From positions 6,524 through 70,523 of the forward strand of contig JACQMR010000009.1 in NCBI GenBank assembly GCA_016203455.1: a DNA stretch of 64,000 nucleotides, given 5' to 3'. Shown here one piece after another: positions 1 to 8,944 of this stretch (positions within the stretch are counted from its first letter, which is position 1; every line of letters begins with the position of its first letter). The DNA comes from Candidatus Wildermuthbacteria bacterium (GTDB lineage: Bacteria; Patescibacteriota; Minisyncoccia; Minisyncoccales; UBA10102). Under the pieces are notes generated by a model. That model made no database searches, was not told the DNA's origin, and saw only the letters and a list, made by a program, of their open reading frames with translations. A program made the position numbers and the translations under genes.

Positions 1-11
1 CACTGCAAGAG

Positions 12-105
12 TTCTGTGGTTCTATGGCTCTGTGGTTCTATGGTTAAATGGTTAAATATCTATACGACTAACTGACTAACCGCCCAACCGTTCAGCCATT
101 TAACC
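12..105. repeat. AT-rich word-repeat spacer upstream of rsmA
   Basis: Direct repeat ctgtggttctatgg at 14-27 and 30-43. A ttaaatgg doublet at 44-57. Inverted pair ggttaaatgg (42-51) / ccatttaacc (96-105). All read directly. Confidence 0.7.
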
Positions 106-122
106 GTGCAACAATATAAAAC

Positions 123-995
123 ATGGACCTGTTTTCCATAAAGACCATAAAAGAACTGCTGGACCAGAAAGGCCTGGCGCCCAAGAAAGGCCTGGGACAA
201 AATTTTCTTGTTGAAAAAAGGGTTGCCGCGCTTGCCGTTCAAGCGGCAGGATTATCGGCGGAAGATTTCGTTTTAGAAATAGGGCCGGGTATTGGCACTC
301 TTACGGCTGAACTCGCCAGGGCCGCAAAAACCGTTACGGCCGTGGAAAAAGACGCGGATATGGTTTCTCTGCTCAAAGAAACCATGCGCGGCCATGACAA
401 CATCTCCATTATACGGGGCGACATCCTCACAACCGACATATCATCCTTAACCCCGTTAAGGTATCCACACCTTAACGGGGTTAAGGATGAAAGAGGATAC
501 AAAGTGGTGGCGAATTTGCCGTATTACGCCGCGGCTCCCATTATACGAAAATTTCTTGAAACAAATACAAAACCCTCTGTCATGGTCTTTATGACGCAAA
601 AAGAAGTCGCCCAGCGGATATGCGCGAAACCGCCTGACATGAATATTCTCGCGGCATCCGTGCAATTGTACGCCCTGCCAAGCATTGTATCTTTTGTGAA
701 AAAAAGCGCGTTCTGGCCCCAACCCGCCGTGGATTCCGCGCTTATAAAACTGGTGCCAAAACAGGGAGCGCCGCCCGCGGCCCCGGCGATATTCTTTGCG
801 GTTGTAAAAGCGGGATTCGCGCACCCGAGAAAACAGATATTCAGCAATATGCGAAAATCCCTGCCTCAACATTCGCCGGAAATAATCGCGGCGTGGCTTT
901 CGGCTCAACGCGTTGATCCAAAACAAAGAGCGGAGACCATTGCCCTGGAAACATGGGTCTCTCTGGCAAAAACATTTCCCGGAAACACTCTGTAA
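123..995 (+). CDS. rsmA: 16S rRNA dimethyladenosine transferase RsmA/KsgA
   Basis: 290-aa ORF with GQNFL motif, SAM-binding EIGPGIGTLT and NLPYY motif. Confidence 0.9.
   Translation: MDLFSIKTIKELLDQKGLAPKKGLGQNFLVEKRVAALAVQAAGLSAEDFVLEIGPGIGTLTAELARAAKTVTAVEKDADMVSLLKETMRGHDNISIIRGDILTTDISSLTPLRYPHLNGVKDERGYKVVANLPYYAAAPIIRKFLETNTKPSVMVFMTQKEVAQRICAKPPDMNILAASVQLYALPSIVSFVKKSAFWPQPAVDSALIKLVPKQGAPPAAPAIFFAVVKAGFAHPRKQIFSNMRKSLPQHSPEIIAAWLSAQRVDPKQRAETIALETWVSLAKTFPGNTL
441..490. repeat. Perfect hairpin embedded in-frame in rsmA
   Basis: catccttaaccccgttaagg (442-461) is the exact reverse complement of ccttaacggggttaaggatg (470-489). The loop is tatccaca (462-469). It encodes SSLTPLRYPHLNGVKDE in a variable loop of RsmA. 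Confidence 0.9.
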
Positions 996-1025
996 CATTT
1001 TGGGGTTGTGGCGTACAATATCTTA

Positions 1026-3353
1026 ATGCGCGTTTTTCTTCTCTCTATTTTTGGCATTACAATGTTCATGGGGCTGATTGGCTTTCTGCCCCTGACACTG
1101 CGCGCGGAGCATTTTGCCTGCCCTTCCGACCCTCTCCATCCAGACGCGCCTTTTTGCCCGCCGGAAAACCCCAGTCCTCCATCGGGGTCAAGGGGCGTAA
1201 CATTGCGTACAGACGGATTTTTGATTTTGTCGTGGGAAAACAACCCGTCTGCGCAATGGTATAGATATCAATACAAAAAATCGGATACCCCATGGCCTCT
1301 TTCAGACAAAGATAACGAACCGGGCAATGTAAAAACTCTCACCTCGGCCCCAGAAAGCAACCCCATACCGTTTAATGAGCTTGCCCCCGGACAAAAATAT
1401 GAATGGCGCGTAAAAAGCTGCGCCCCGTTTGACGACGCGGAAAGCGGTATTCACATGGACGAGTTGTGCGGACTCTGGGACGACAGCGATATATGGACAT
1501 TCACATTCGCGCTCAACCCGCCTCCAAAAGAGACACTGACCCCCAATCTTGAAACATCGTCTAAAGACGCGGAATTGCCGATTACCCTTTCTTGGGGCAA
1601 GGTGCCGCTCGCGCAATGGTATCAACTCTACGCGACTCCGTGCCTTAATTGGATCTGGTTTGATCTTGGAGAAGAAGAAGACGAAGACGCAGAAAACGGC
1701 CCTCCGGAAGAATGCTCGTTCTCAATCGTTCCGGATGCGGACGGCAAGCTGGAAGAATCATACAAAGACGACTTTTGCTATTTCACCAAAGACACGACCT
1801 ACATGTGGAGGGTGTCCGCTTGCCTTGTGCCGGGCAACGAAGCTTCTTGCGGTCCGTTTGTTCTCAACGAAGGACTGGAAAACGCAGAGCAACCGGTTGA
1901 GTTTAGAACAGGATTGCCGCCTTCTGATAAACCGTTTCTGCCGAGTCCTGAAATAACCGCTCCGCAATATTCTCCGGAGCAACCTTTGCCTGTAATCTCT
2001 TGGGAATCATCGCTCTCATGGAAAAGCCCCGACGACTGCGCGTATATACACAGAATCTCTTTAACGCGAGAAAGCGACGGGAAAATCTTCCGCATATATA
2101 CAAAAGACCCGCAGGACGAATCTCTCAATATGGGAGATACCATTGGAGCAAGGGGGCGGGATCCAGAAAGCATCTCGTTGGAGGATTTTTGGAGCGATGC
2201 GAATAATATCAATGCCGATTTTACATGGACAGTCGCCGGGTGCTGGGCAAACTCAACAGGCGGAAATGTTGACTGCGAGGGATCGGGAGAAAGCGCGCCT
2301 TCCAGGTTCCGCACCGCCGGAACTCCGCCTTTGTTATCTTTTCCAAAAAAGGGGGCATCCGTAAAAGTCCCGATTGTTCTGCAATGGCAAGGCATAAATG
2401 GCGCCGTATCATACGCGTTTGAGATTTCTCCGGACGGAACGCGCGAACCGGAACCGGGCGGAAATTTTACGAGCGTATCCGCGAGCGGGTCCGCGCTCTC
2501 CGCAACGGTCGCGATTCCTTACGCGGCCGGAAGCATTGAACCTGACAAAGAATACTGGTGGCATGCCAGAGCATGTCTTAACGCGAAAGCGACGGCGTGC
2601 GGGCCCTGGGCAGAACCGATTCATTTTTCTACGCTTCCCATACATACGCCGGCACAGACAACCCCCGCCAATGAAGATGAGGTTTTTGTGCCGGGTTTCA
2701 TATCCTGGCAAGCAGACCCGGGCGCTTCCTACTACCAATACGATCTCGCGTATTTCTGCAAAAATCCGGCTGAAACCCTGACTGCGTGCGACATACCCTC
2801 GTGCGCCCGCCCGGACACGGAATGGAGACCAAAAGTTCTCGCAACCAACACCATTACAAACAGCCCGTTCTTTTCCCAGAATCTCGCGTGCGCCGGGAAA
2901 TACCAATGGAGAGTGCGGTCATGCGCGGATAAAGATTGCGCGCTTGAAAGCGCAAGCGCATATACTCCCTTTATGACATTTCACGGCATAGACCCGCCTC
3001 ACACGGCCGGACTTGTACCCTGCCAGCGGGTTTCAAACAACCCAAACACGCCGTACAACGAAAAAGAGCCGTGCCAGCTCAAGCACGCGGGATTTTTGCT
3101 TCAAAATATTCTGGATTTTGTGCTTTGGAAACTCGCGCTTTTAGTATTTGCCGCGCTTTCGGCATTTCTCGCCGCTTCCACCTTCTTTTCTTTTGGCAGT
3201 GCGGATATTATTTCAAAAGCAAAAGAAATTACGCGATCGTATGCTTACGGATTTATCCTCTTAATGCTCGCGTGGGGAATTGTAAACATTATCATGAGCA
3301 TATTTGGATTCCATGCCGAATTTTTCGGGTACTGGTGGAAACTGCCGTTTTAA
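1026..3353 (+). CDS. Secreted/anchored protein: five Cys-containing FN3-like repeats fused to a C-terminal VirB2/TrbC-like T4SS pilin module
   Basis: The ORF opens at GTG 1008. ATG 1026 lies 6 nt after tacaat (1014-1019). The N-terminus is hydrophobic and signal-like. There are five modules with a W..Y.Y ... Y.WRV.[SA]C pattern. The C-terminus has GLVPC...PCQLKHAGFLLQNILDFVLW followed by two TM helices. Confidence 0.7.
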   Translation: MRVFLLSIFGITMFMGLIGFLPLTLRAEHFACPSDPLHPDAPFCPPENPSPPSGSRGVTLRTDGFLILSWENNPSAQWYRYQYKKSDTPWPLSDKDNEPGNVKTLTSAPESNPIPFNELAPGQKYEWRVKSCAPFDDAESGIHMDELCGLWDDSDIWTFTFALNPPPKETLTPNLETSSKDAELPITLSWGKVPLAQWYQLYATPCLNWIWFDLGEEEDEDAENGPPEECSFSIVPDADGKLEESYKDDFCYFTKDTTYMWRVSACLVPGNEASCGPFVLNEGLENAEQPVEFRTGLPPSDKPFLPSPEITAPQYSPEQPLPVISWESSLSWKSPDDCAYIHRISLTRESDGKIFRIYTKDPQDESLNMGDTIGARGRDPESISLEDFWSDANNINADFTWTVAGCWANSTGGNVDCEGSGESAPSRFRTAGTPPLLSFPKKGASVKVPIVLQWQGINGAVSYAFEISPDGTREPEPGGNFTSVSASGSALSATVAIPYAAGSIEPDKEYWWHARACLNAKATACGPWAEPIHFSTLPIHTPAQTTPANEDEVFVPGFISWQADPGASYYQYDLAYFCKNPAETLTACDIPSCARPDTEWRPKVLATNTITNSPFFSQNLACAGKYQWRVRSCADKDCALESASAYTPFMTFHGIDPPHTAGLVPCQRVSNNPNTPYNEKEPCQLKHAGFLLQNILDFVLWKLALLVFAALSAFLAASTFFSFGSADIISKAKEITRSYAYGFILLMLAWGIVNIIMSIFGFHAEFFGYWWKLPF

Positions 3354-3389
3354 AAAACAGGCGGCGGAATTCCTTTTTTTACGAGCGCG

Positions 3390-6300
3390 ATGTATAATGC
3401 AATAATCTTTATGCAAAAAATCCAACAAGGGGCAATGCGCATTCTCCGGGCTATCATTACGCCCCGATCCGCCGTTTTTCTCGCGCCGTGCCTCGCGCTT
3501 GCGCTGATTTTCGCGTTTACACCTTTTCATATTGCCCAAGCAGGCATTGCGTCTAGCATAGTAGACGCGATACTAGGTACTTTTCTAAACGCCGCGGATA
3601 ATATTTTTGGCTATCTTCTTACTCCAGTAGTATTGATCGTAGAGGCCTTATTCATAGGGATCACAAGTATATTTACAGTGGCTTTAGACATCATCTTAAC
3701 CCTCACAGTCCTCCCCGGCAAAAACCCTACTACTCCGGAATTTGTAACCGATGCGTGGGACGTAACACGCAACATAGCAAACCTCTTTTTTATACTTATT
3801 TTTGCCTTTATAGGTCTTGCCACCATTTTGCGTATTCCCAACTATGAAACACAAAAGCTTCTGCCTTCCCTGCTGATCGTCGCCCTGCTCGTGAACTTTA
3901 GTGGGGTTTTTGTTGGATTCATTGTTGACATCGGGAACATACTCACAACGATCTTCCTGCACGAGACCACCAAAATTGGCGGAGACTGGAATTTCTTCAC
4001 TGCTGCCGGGGGTCACTCCGCGGTACAGCAAATCATACGAATTATTTTTTACCTTCTTGCAACGCTTATCTACTTTGTCGTACTGATTCTTTTTGCCGTA
4101 CGCATACTATTTCTCTGGACTCTCACCATACTTGCGCCTCTTGCTTTTGTGGCCCGTATCCTTCCTCAAACCAAAAAATATTGGGACCAGTGGTTGCAAC
4201 AACTCGTACAGTGGTCTATTGTCGCAGTTCCCGTAACTTTTTTTATGTATTTAGCCAAGAAAGTACTCGAAGCTAGCTCAAATTATGGTTTTTCTCTCAA
4301 CGATGTCACAGAGCCATTGGGCTCTTTTGTAGCGCCGATCACCGCCCTCTTTCTTCTTGCCATAGGAGTCATGGCGAGCATGCAAATGGCCCCAGCAGGA
4401 GCGAAGGGGGCGATTGACTTTGGAAAGAAATGGGGGCTCCGCGGGGGTCTTGCCGCGGGGAGCGGGGCATGGAGAAGATTTGGAACCCCGGTGGAAAACT
4501 TTTCCGCGAAAATGCGGCAACGAGGACAAGATATCGCGGCAAAAGCCGGGCAAGACATGCGCAATGTCAATAAGGACAAAAATATTCTGCAGAGAAGCGG
4601 AGCGGCCGTGAAGTGGGCGGTTGCCGGAAAAACAATAGGCGGCCTGGGCAGAGGCATGGAAATGCTGGGACGCGAAGGGACCATGCGTATGCGCCAGCGG
4701 GATGAGAAAGAACTCAAAGCCGCGCAAGAAGAAGGAAAGAAAAATCCCGGAGACGCGATCAATCAGCTAGAGCAGGAGTTTGCCAAAGGGCCTGCCGCGA
4801 ATATGAACAGAATCACCGGCATTGTTACAGGACTCATAGGAAACGGCAATAAAGACGACATCAATAAGGCGCTCAACGACGGCCGCTTGACGCGCAACCA
4901 AATGCGGCGAACTTACAAACACGCGAAACAATCAGGCACTCCGTATCGCCGCATGATGGAAAAAGGATTCATGGAAGAAAGCATGGGCGACACCGCGGAA
5001 ACCAATCTGCTTGGAGTTGCCGCTGAAGACCGCAAGAGAACTTTGGAAGTCATCGCCGGAGAAGATATATCAAAAGAAATCGTTGATCTCACCAAATTTG
5101 ACCCGTCAAACAACGAAAACCAGGCAAAACTCCTGGACGAACTGATGAAGAACCGCGGCGCGGAACTTTTGCCCGCCATAGCAAAAATGGATCAAAAAGA
5201 CGCCCGCGACCGCATCTTGAAATATATTGCCGGAGACGGAACCGCCGAAGACCCGAAAATTCGCGCGCTTGCCAAGAATTCGCCCGCGGCCTTGAAATGG
5301 CTCACTTCAGGCCCGGGAGCAAGAATCCTGGGGACTGGCATAGATATGTCTCCTGCGCAGGCAGACCAGCTTATACGGGAAGCGCAGACAGAGGGCAAAA
5401 CAACGCAAGAACTTGAAACACGAAGAACACAGATCGCTCAAGCAACCCGAGAGGTGGATGATGATCCATCACTGGCCACTGAAAATCAAAAAAATGCCAA
5501 GAAAAACCAGCTTGCAAAAGAGGGGGAACTAATTGACCAGGAGTTGGAAACGCGCCGCTTCAGGAATATGTCGCCGGAAGCGCTTACGGAATTACAACGC
5601 ATATCGCCACGAGAACGCGAGCGACTGCAAACATTGTCTCTTGAGGATCTTGAGGCGGAACGGTCAATCTACACCAAAAAAGATATCGCGGGGCTTGAAG
5701 CAAAGAAGCGGGATTTGGAAAAGAAGATGGCAGATCAAATACAACAAGCCGCACAGGAAATCACTGGCGGAGAATTTGCGAGAGAACGAGAACGCATACA
5801 GACGACCTTCCAACCGCAAATCGCGAAATTGGATGGCGAACTAGATCGCGCAGAAAGAATAAGACGATCTCCTGCCATAAGGAAAGTGCAGGCGGAGCGG
5901 GCCGCGGCGGCCAAGGCACCAGCTCCCCTGGACCAGCAACCCGCGATTGTTCAGATTGCCGCCCTTGAGAAAGAGAGAGAGCAGTTACAACAAGACGCAA
6001 AGGTGCCGTTCGCCCCGGGCGACGCGGCAAGAAAACGCGTAAAAGAAATTAACGCGGAAATAAGTCTGCTGGAGTCCCAGAAACAAGAACAAACACCCAC
6101 ACAAGAAGATGATGTCTTAAAGTTGCAAAGCGATCTCTACCGAACGGAGGGGGGGAGAAATCCCGCAACCCGTGTTGCGTCGCTTGTGCCGGGGACCAAG
6201 CGGCATAGAGAAGCCCAGGAAATAAAACAGCGAATAGCCCAAGCTACCGAATCGTTTGATATGCGCACATATAGAAAGGCCGCCACCTACACCGATGACC

Positions 6301-7730
6301 GGTTGGCGGAAGAACTTCTGCAATCCAGTCAAACATCAGACACACATTCTGCAAATCTTGAGAACATCCGCGCTCAAATTCAAAACGAACCGCCAAACAG
6401 TCCGTTAAGAACCGCGCTTAGGCAAAAAGAGCAGGAGGTCGCCGATGAACTGCGGGACATTCAAGAAAACCAAAGGGAACTTTTGGGCGCTCGGCTCTTT
6501 AGAACCCAGCAAAAACTGGATGAGGCGCAAGGAATCGGCAAAACAATTGAAGAAGAAATAAGAGAACTCCAGAAAGAAAAAACAACTCTCGCGCCGAACC
6601 AAAGAAACGAGGCACAAGCAATTGACCGCGATATTCAAATCAAACGCACAGAACTAAAACAGCGCTCTACTGAAGCAGAAAGCATTGTCAAACAACAAAA
6701 AGAGGATCTTGAAATAATTGATACTCTTAAGATAGCCATGGACCCCTCGGCACGCGCCACGGCAGAAACTGCCGCAAAAACGGCGCGGGCGCGAGAGGCC
6801 GCGGCAAAAGCGCGAACCAATCTCAACCGTCTCATTACCTCTAACGCCCACCCGAACATTGTTAAAAAAGCCGAAGCGGAGGCCAAAAAGGCGCGCGTAA
6901 CGCAAGAAGAGCAGGAGCGGCTCTTGCTTGTGGTTGCCGCAAAAGAAGAACTGGAACAAAAGATTGCTCAAGAAAAAAGAGACGAAAACCCCGTTATGCT
7001 TGAGGATTATGACAACCAGCTAAAAGCGATAGAACAGGGAGAAGCTCTGATGCAAAGAGATAAAAGGTATCTAAATCGCGCGGCGGCGGCACGGCTTGAA
7101 AAAGACCAGCAAAACTATATCCGAACTGTTCTTATGCCGCATAAAACAAAAGAACTGCAAGAACGCATGGACAACGAAATAAAAAGACAGGCGGAACTGG
7201 CAAAGGTTCAGGAACGCAAAAAAGCGAAGAATAAAAATGCTCCGCCCGATCAGACGCCGCCCTCCGGCCCGCCCCCCTCAACCCCGCCGCCCAGACCTTC
7301 TTCCGGCCCCTCTTCTTCAACTCCCCCGCCGCCCCAAAGACCGCGCGCTCCCAGAGGCGGAGGCGCAAGCCAGGCGCCTCCGCCTTCTAGCGGCGGCGCC
7401 CGGTTTGCCGGCGGCGCGCAAGGAATGCAGGATTTTGGCACAAGACCTTCCGCGCCCACTCCACCTAGTACTCCCCAAAACTCTAGGTTTGCAGGAACAT
7501 CAACACCGGGAGGAATGCAAGATTCAGAGAACGAACCGCAAATCGGAGATTTGGCTCATTGGGTCGGTAACGGGGTACAACGCACACATCAACCGATCAA
7601 AATAACGCGAATTGAAATGGGGCCGGATGGTAAAAAATACGCTTTTATTGAGCATCAAGATCCTAGAGACGCAACATCTAGCGCGATCCCACTTAATGAG
7701 TTGATAAAAGAAGCGAATCCGCGCGCATAA
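3390..7730 (+). CDS. Giant polytopic membrane protein, VirB6/TrbL-like N-terminus plus long charged coiled coil, Pro-rich linker and small C-terminal domain
   Basis: 1446-aa ORF. About 7 hydrophobic helices lie in the first ~330 aa. These are followed by ~800 aa rich in E/K/R/Q/A, then PPSGPPPSTPPPRPSSGPSSSTPPPPQRP. The start is uncertain: tataat (3393-3398) overlaps the first ATG, and in-frame ATGs occur at 3411 and 3435. Confidence 0.6.
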   Translation: MYNAIIFMQKIQQGAMRILRAIITPRSAVFLAPCLALALIFAFTPFHIAQAGIASSIVDAILGTFLNAADNIFGYLLTPVVLIVEALFIGITSIFTVALDIILTLTVLPGKNPTTPEFVTDAWDVTRNIANLFFILIFAFIGLATILRIPNYETQKLLPSLLIVALLVNFSGVFVGFIVDIGNILTTIFLHETTKIGGDWNFFTAAGGHSAVQQIIRIIFYLLATLIYFVVLILFAVRILFLWTLTILAPLAFVARILPQTKKYWDQWLQQLVQWSIVAVPVTFFMYLAKKVLEASSNYGFSLNDVTEPLGSFVAPITALFLLAIGVMASMQMAPAGAKGAIDFGKKWGLRGGLAAGSGAWRRFGTPVENFSAKMRQRGQDIAAKAGQDMRNVNKDKNILQRSGAAVKWAVAGKTIGGLGRGMEMLGREGTMRMRQRDEKELKAAQEEGKKNPGDAINQLEQEFAKGPAANMNRITGIVTGLIGNGNKDDINKALNDGRLTRNQMRRTYKHAKQSGTPYRRMMEKGFMEESMGDTAETNLLGVAAEDRKRTLEVIAGEDISKEIVDLTKFDPSNNENQAKLLDELMKNRGAELLPAIAKMDQKDARDRILKYIAGDGTAEDPKIRALAKNSPAALKWLTSGPGARILGTGIDMSPAQADQLIREAQTEGKTTQELETRRTQIAQATREVDDDPSLATENQKNAKKNQLAKEGELIDQELETRRFRNMSPEALTELQRISPRERERLQTLSLEDLEAERSIYTKKDIAGLEAKKRDLEKKMADQIQQAAQEITGGEFARERERIQTTFQPQIAKLDGELDRAERIRRSPAIRKVQAERAAAAKAPAPLDQQPAIVQIAALEKEREQLQQDAKVPFAPGDAARKRVKEINAEISLLESQKQEQTPTQEDDVLKLQSDLYRTEGGRNPATRVASLVPGTKRHREAQEIKQRIAQATESFDMRTYRKAATYTDDRLAEELLQSSQTSDTHSANLENIRAQIQNEPPNSPLRTALRQKEQEVADELRDIQENQRELLGARLFRTQQKLDEAQGIGKTIEEEIRELQKEKTTLAPNQRNEAQAIDRDIQIKRTELKQRSTEAESIVKQQKEDLEIIDTLKIAMDPSARATAETAAKTARAREAAAKARTNLNRLITSNAHPNIVKKAEAEAKKARVTQEEQERLLLVVAAKEELEQKIAQEKRDENPVMLEDYDNQLKAIEQGEALMQRDKRYLNRAAAARLEKDQQNYIRTVLMPHKTKELQERMDNEIKRQAELAKVQERKKAKNKNAPPDQTPPSGPPPSTPPPRPSSGPSSSTPPPPQRPRAPRGGGASQAPPPSSGGARFAGGAQGMQDFGTRPSAPTPPSTPQNSRFAGTSTPGGMQDSENEPQIGDLAHWVGNGVQRTHQPIKITRIEMGPDGKKYAFIEHQDPRDATSSAIPLNELIKEANPRA

Positions 7731-7734
7731 AAAA

Positions 7735-7780
7735 GAGGGGAGAAGCAGTTTGGATTAAATCCTTCCTGCTTCTCCCCTTT
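7735..7780. terminator. Bidirectional hairpin terminator between convergent genes
   Basis: ggggagaagcag (7737-7748) pairs with ctgcttctcccc (7766-7777). It is flanked by an A-run upstream and ttt downstream. Confidence 0.7.
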
Positions 7781-7791
7781 AAAACCGCCGC

Positions 7792-8265
7792 CTACGCCGT
7801 GGAATCATCCGGTGGCTCGGCGGCAATGCCGCCGCCTTCTTTCTCGTCAGCCGATTCCTCGGCCAATAGAATTTCCTGCCACCTGGCGTGCGCCCGCGCA
7901 CGCCGATCGGGCAGGACTCGCTCAACGCGTCCTGCCGCGGTTTGAGCGGCCGAAAGGGTCCCAAGATCCCGTTCGGCGGCATCTAACTCGGCGGCGGCGG
8001 CCCGGGCGCGCACAAGGCGCGCCGTTACACTCGTCGCCAGGCTGGCCCTCTCGGCGGCCGAGGGAAGCCCATCCCCCCCGCCAAGAACTGCTTGTCCAAC
8101 ACCCAGTTGGCGACGGAGATCCTCCAGAGGACTATCTCCCGCAGTGTCCTCTGGCGGCGCATTCTCGTTTTTGTTGCGCCGCCGCACCACCACCGCCACC
8201 GCCACAAAAAACCCTCCGGTCGCCACCATGGCGACCGCAATCAGAAGCCATCCCCACCACTCCAT
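7792..8265 (-). CDS. Single-pass membrane protein, Ala/Arg/Gly-rich, in a locally G+C-rich segment
   Basis: The ORF is 7792-8325. The internal ATG at 8265 is preceded by gaggagg (complement of 8271-8277). The TM segment is WWGWLLIAVAMVATGGFFVAVAVVV followed by RRRNK. Confidence 0.55.
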   Translation of the reverse strand: MEWWGWLLIAVAMVATGGFFVAVAVVVRRRNKNENAPPEDTAGDSPLEDLRRQLGVGQAVLGGGDGLPSAAERASLATSVTARLVRARAAAAELDAAERDLGTLSAAQTAAGRVERVLPDRRARAHARWQEILLAEESADEKEGGGIAAEPPDDSTA

Positions 8266-8460
8266 GGAGTCCTCCTCTGGGACCAAAACTTCGCAAGACC
8301 CTATCTTACGAGCTGGCAATATCATACATCATAATACATAAAATGTCAAGGATTTTGAGTATTCCTGTTTAGCGCGCGCCGCCTTTCCTGCGGACGCATA
8401 CGCGCGTCTTTGCATACAAAACACCGTGGATTGTGATATACTCAATTTATACATTTATCT

Positions 8461-8907
8461 ATGGCAATCACATACACGCAGGTGCAAAAAGACGCAATAC
8501 TAACAAAACTCCCGCAGGAGCTCAAAGACGCGCTGTTTTCCCTGGAAACAGCGGACGCCATCCTGGAGATATGCGAAAACGCCGGCATCATGGATGAACG
8601 GGCGAATAAAATATCTGAACTGGCAGGGGATGTGTTATTGGGATTGTTGCTCCCGCAAGATTTTTCCGGCGCGCTGGAAAAAAACCTCGGACTTTCCGCG
8701 CAAGACGCGCAGGCAATAGCCAGGATCATGAACCGAACCGTGTTCTACCCGGTAAAACCTGCTTTAGAGCAAATCCACCGCATGGAAATTGAGGTGTCCG
8801 CCAAAATTGTAACGCCAGAACCCCGGAAATCCGGCGAAGAATCCAAAGAACAAGGGCCGCCGCAAAAACCAAGCGGAGAAGATAGATACAGAGAACCGCT
8901 GGAATAA
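8461..8907 (+). CDS. Hypothetical protein
   Basis: 148-aa ORF in the same direction as the T4SS-like genes. TGnTATACT-like tgatatact lies upstream. No motif recognised. Confidence 0.5.
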   Translation: MAITYTQVQKDAILTKLPQELKDALFSLETADAILEICENAGIMDERANKISELAGDVLLGLLLPQDFSGALEKNLGLSAQDAQAIARIMNRTVFYPVKPALEQIHRMEIEVSAKIVTPEPRKSGEESKEQGPPQKPSGEDRYREPLE

Positions 8908-8910
8908 TGC

Positions 8911-8941
8911 GTTTGTATTGCGTAGTTTGTATTTTGTATCT
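8911..8941. repeat. Left arm of TACAAA-word inverted repeat bracketing the four-helix-bundle gene
   Basis: gtttgtattgcgtagtttgtattttgtatct is an imperfect reverse complement of the arm at 9304-9332. The shared core is ttgtattttgta / tacaaaatacaa. Confidence 0.7.
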
Positions 8942-8944
8942 GGT

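Noticed and set aside
1799-2395. Long antisense or out-of-frame ORFs inside large genes. Examples: 1799-2395, 4283-4762, 10273-10995, 15466-16062, 24639-25445, 31817-32260, 62387-62971.
   Set aside because: Each is fully nested in a gene with strong family motifs on the other strand or frame. Their compositions are low-complexity.
7812-8372. 186-aa plus-strand ORF in the G+C-rich segment
   Set aside because: It is a mirror ORF typical of GC-rich DNA. It is Arg/Pro-rich and has no RBS. The minus-strand reading has a strong RBS and a TM helix. The choice remains uncertain without comparative data.
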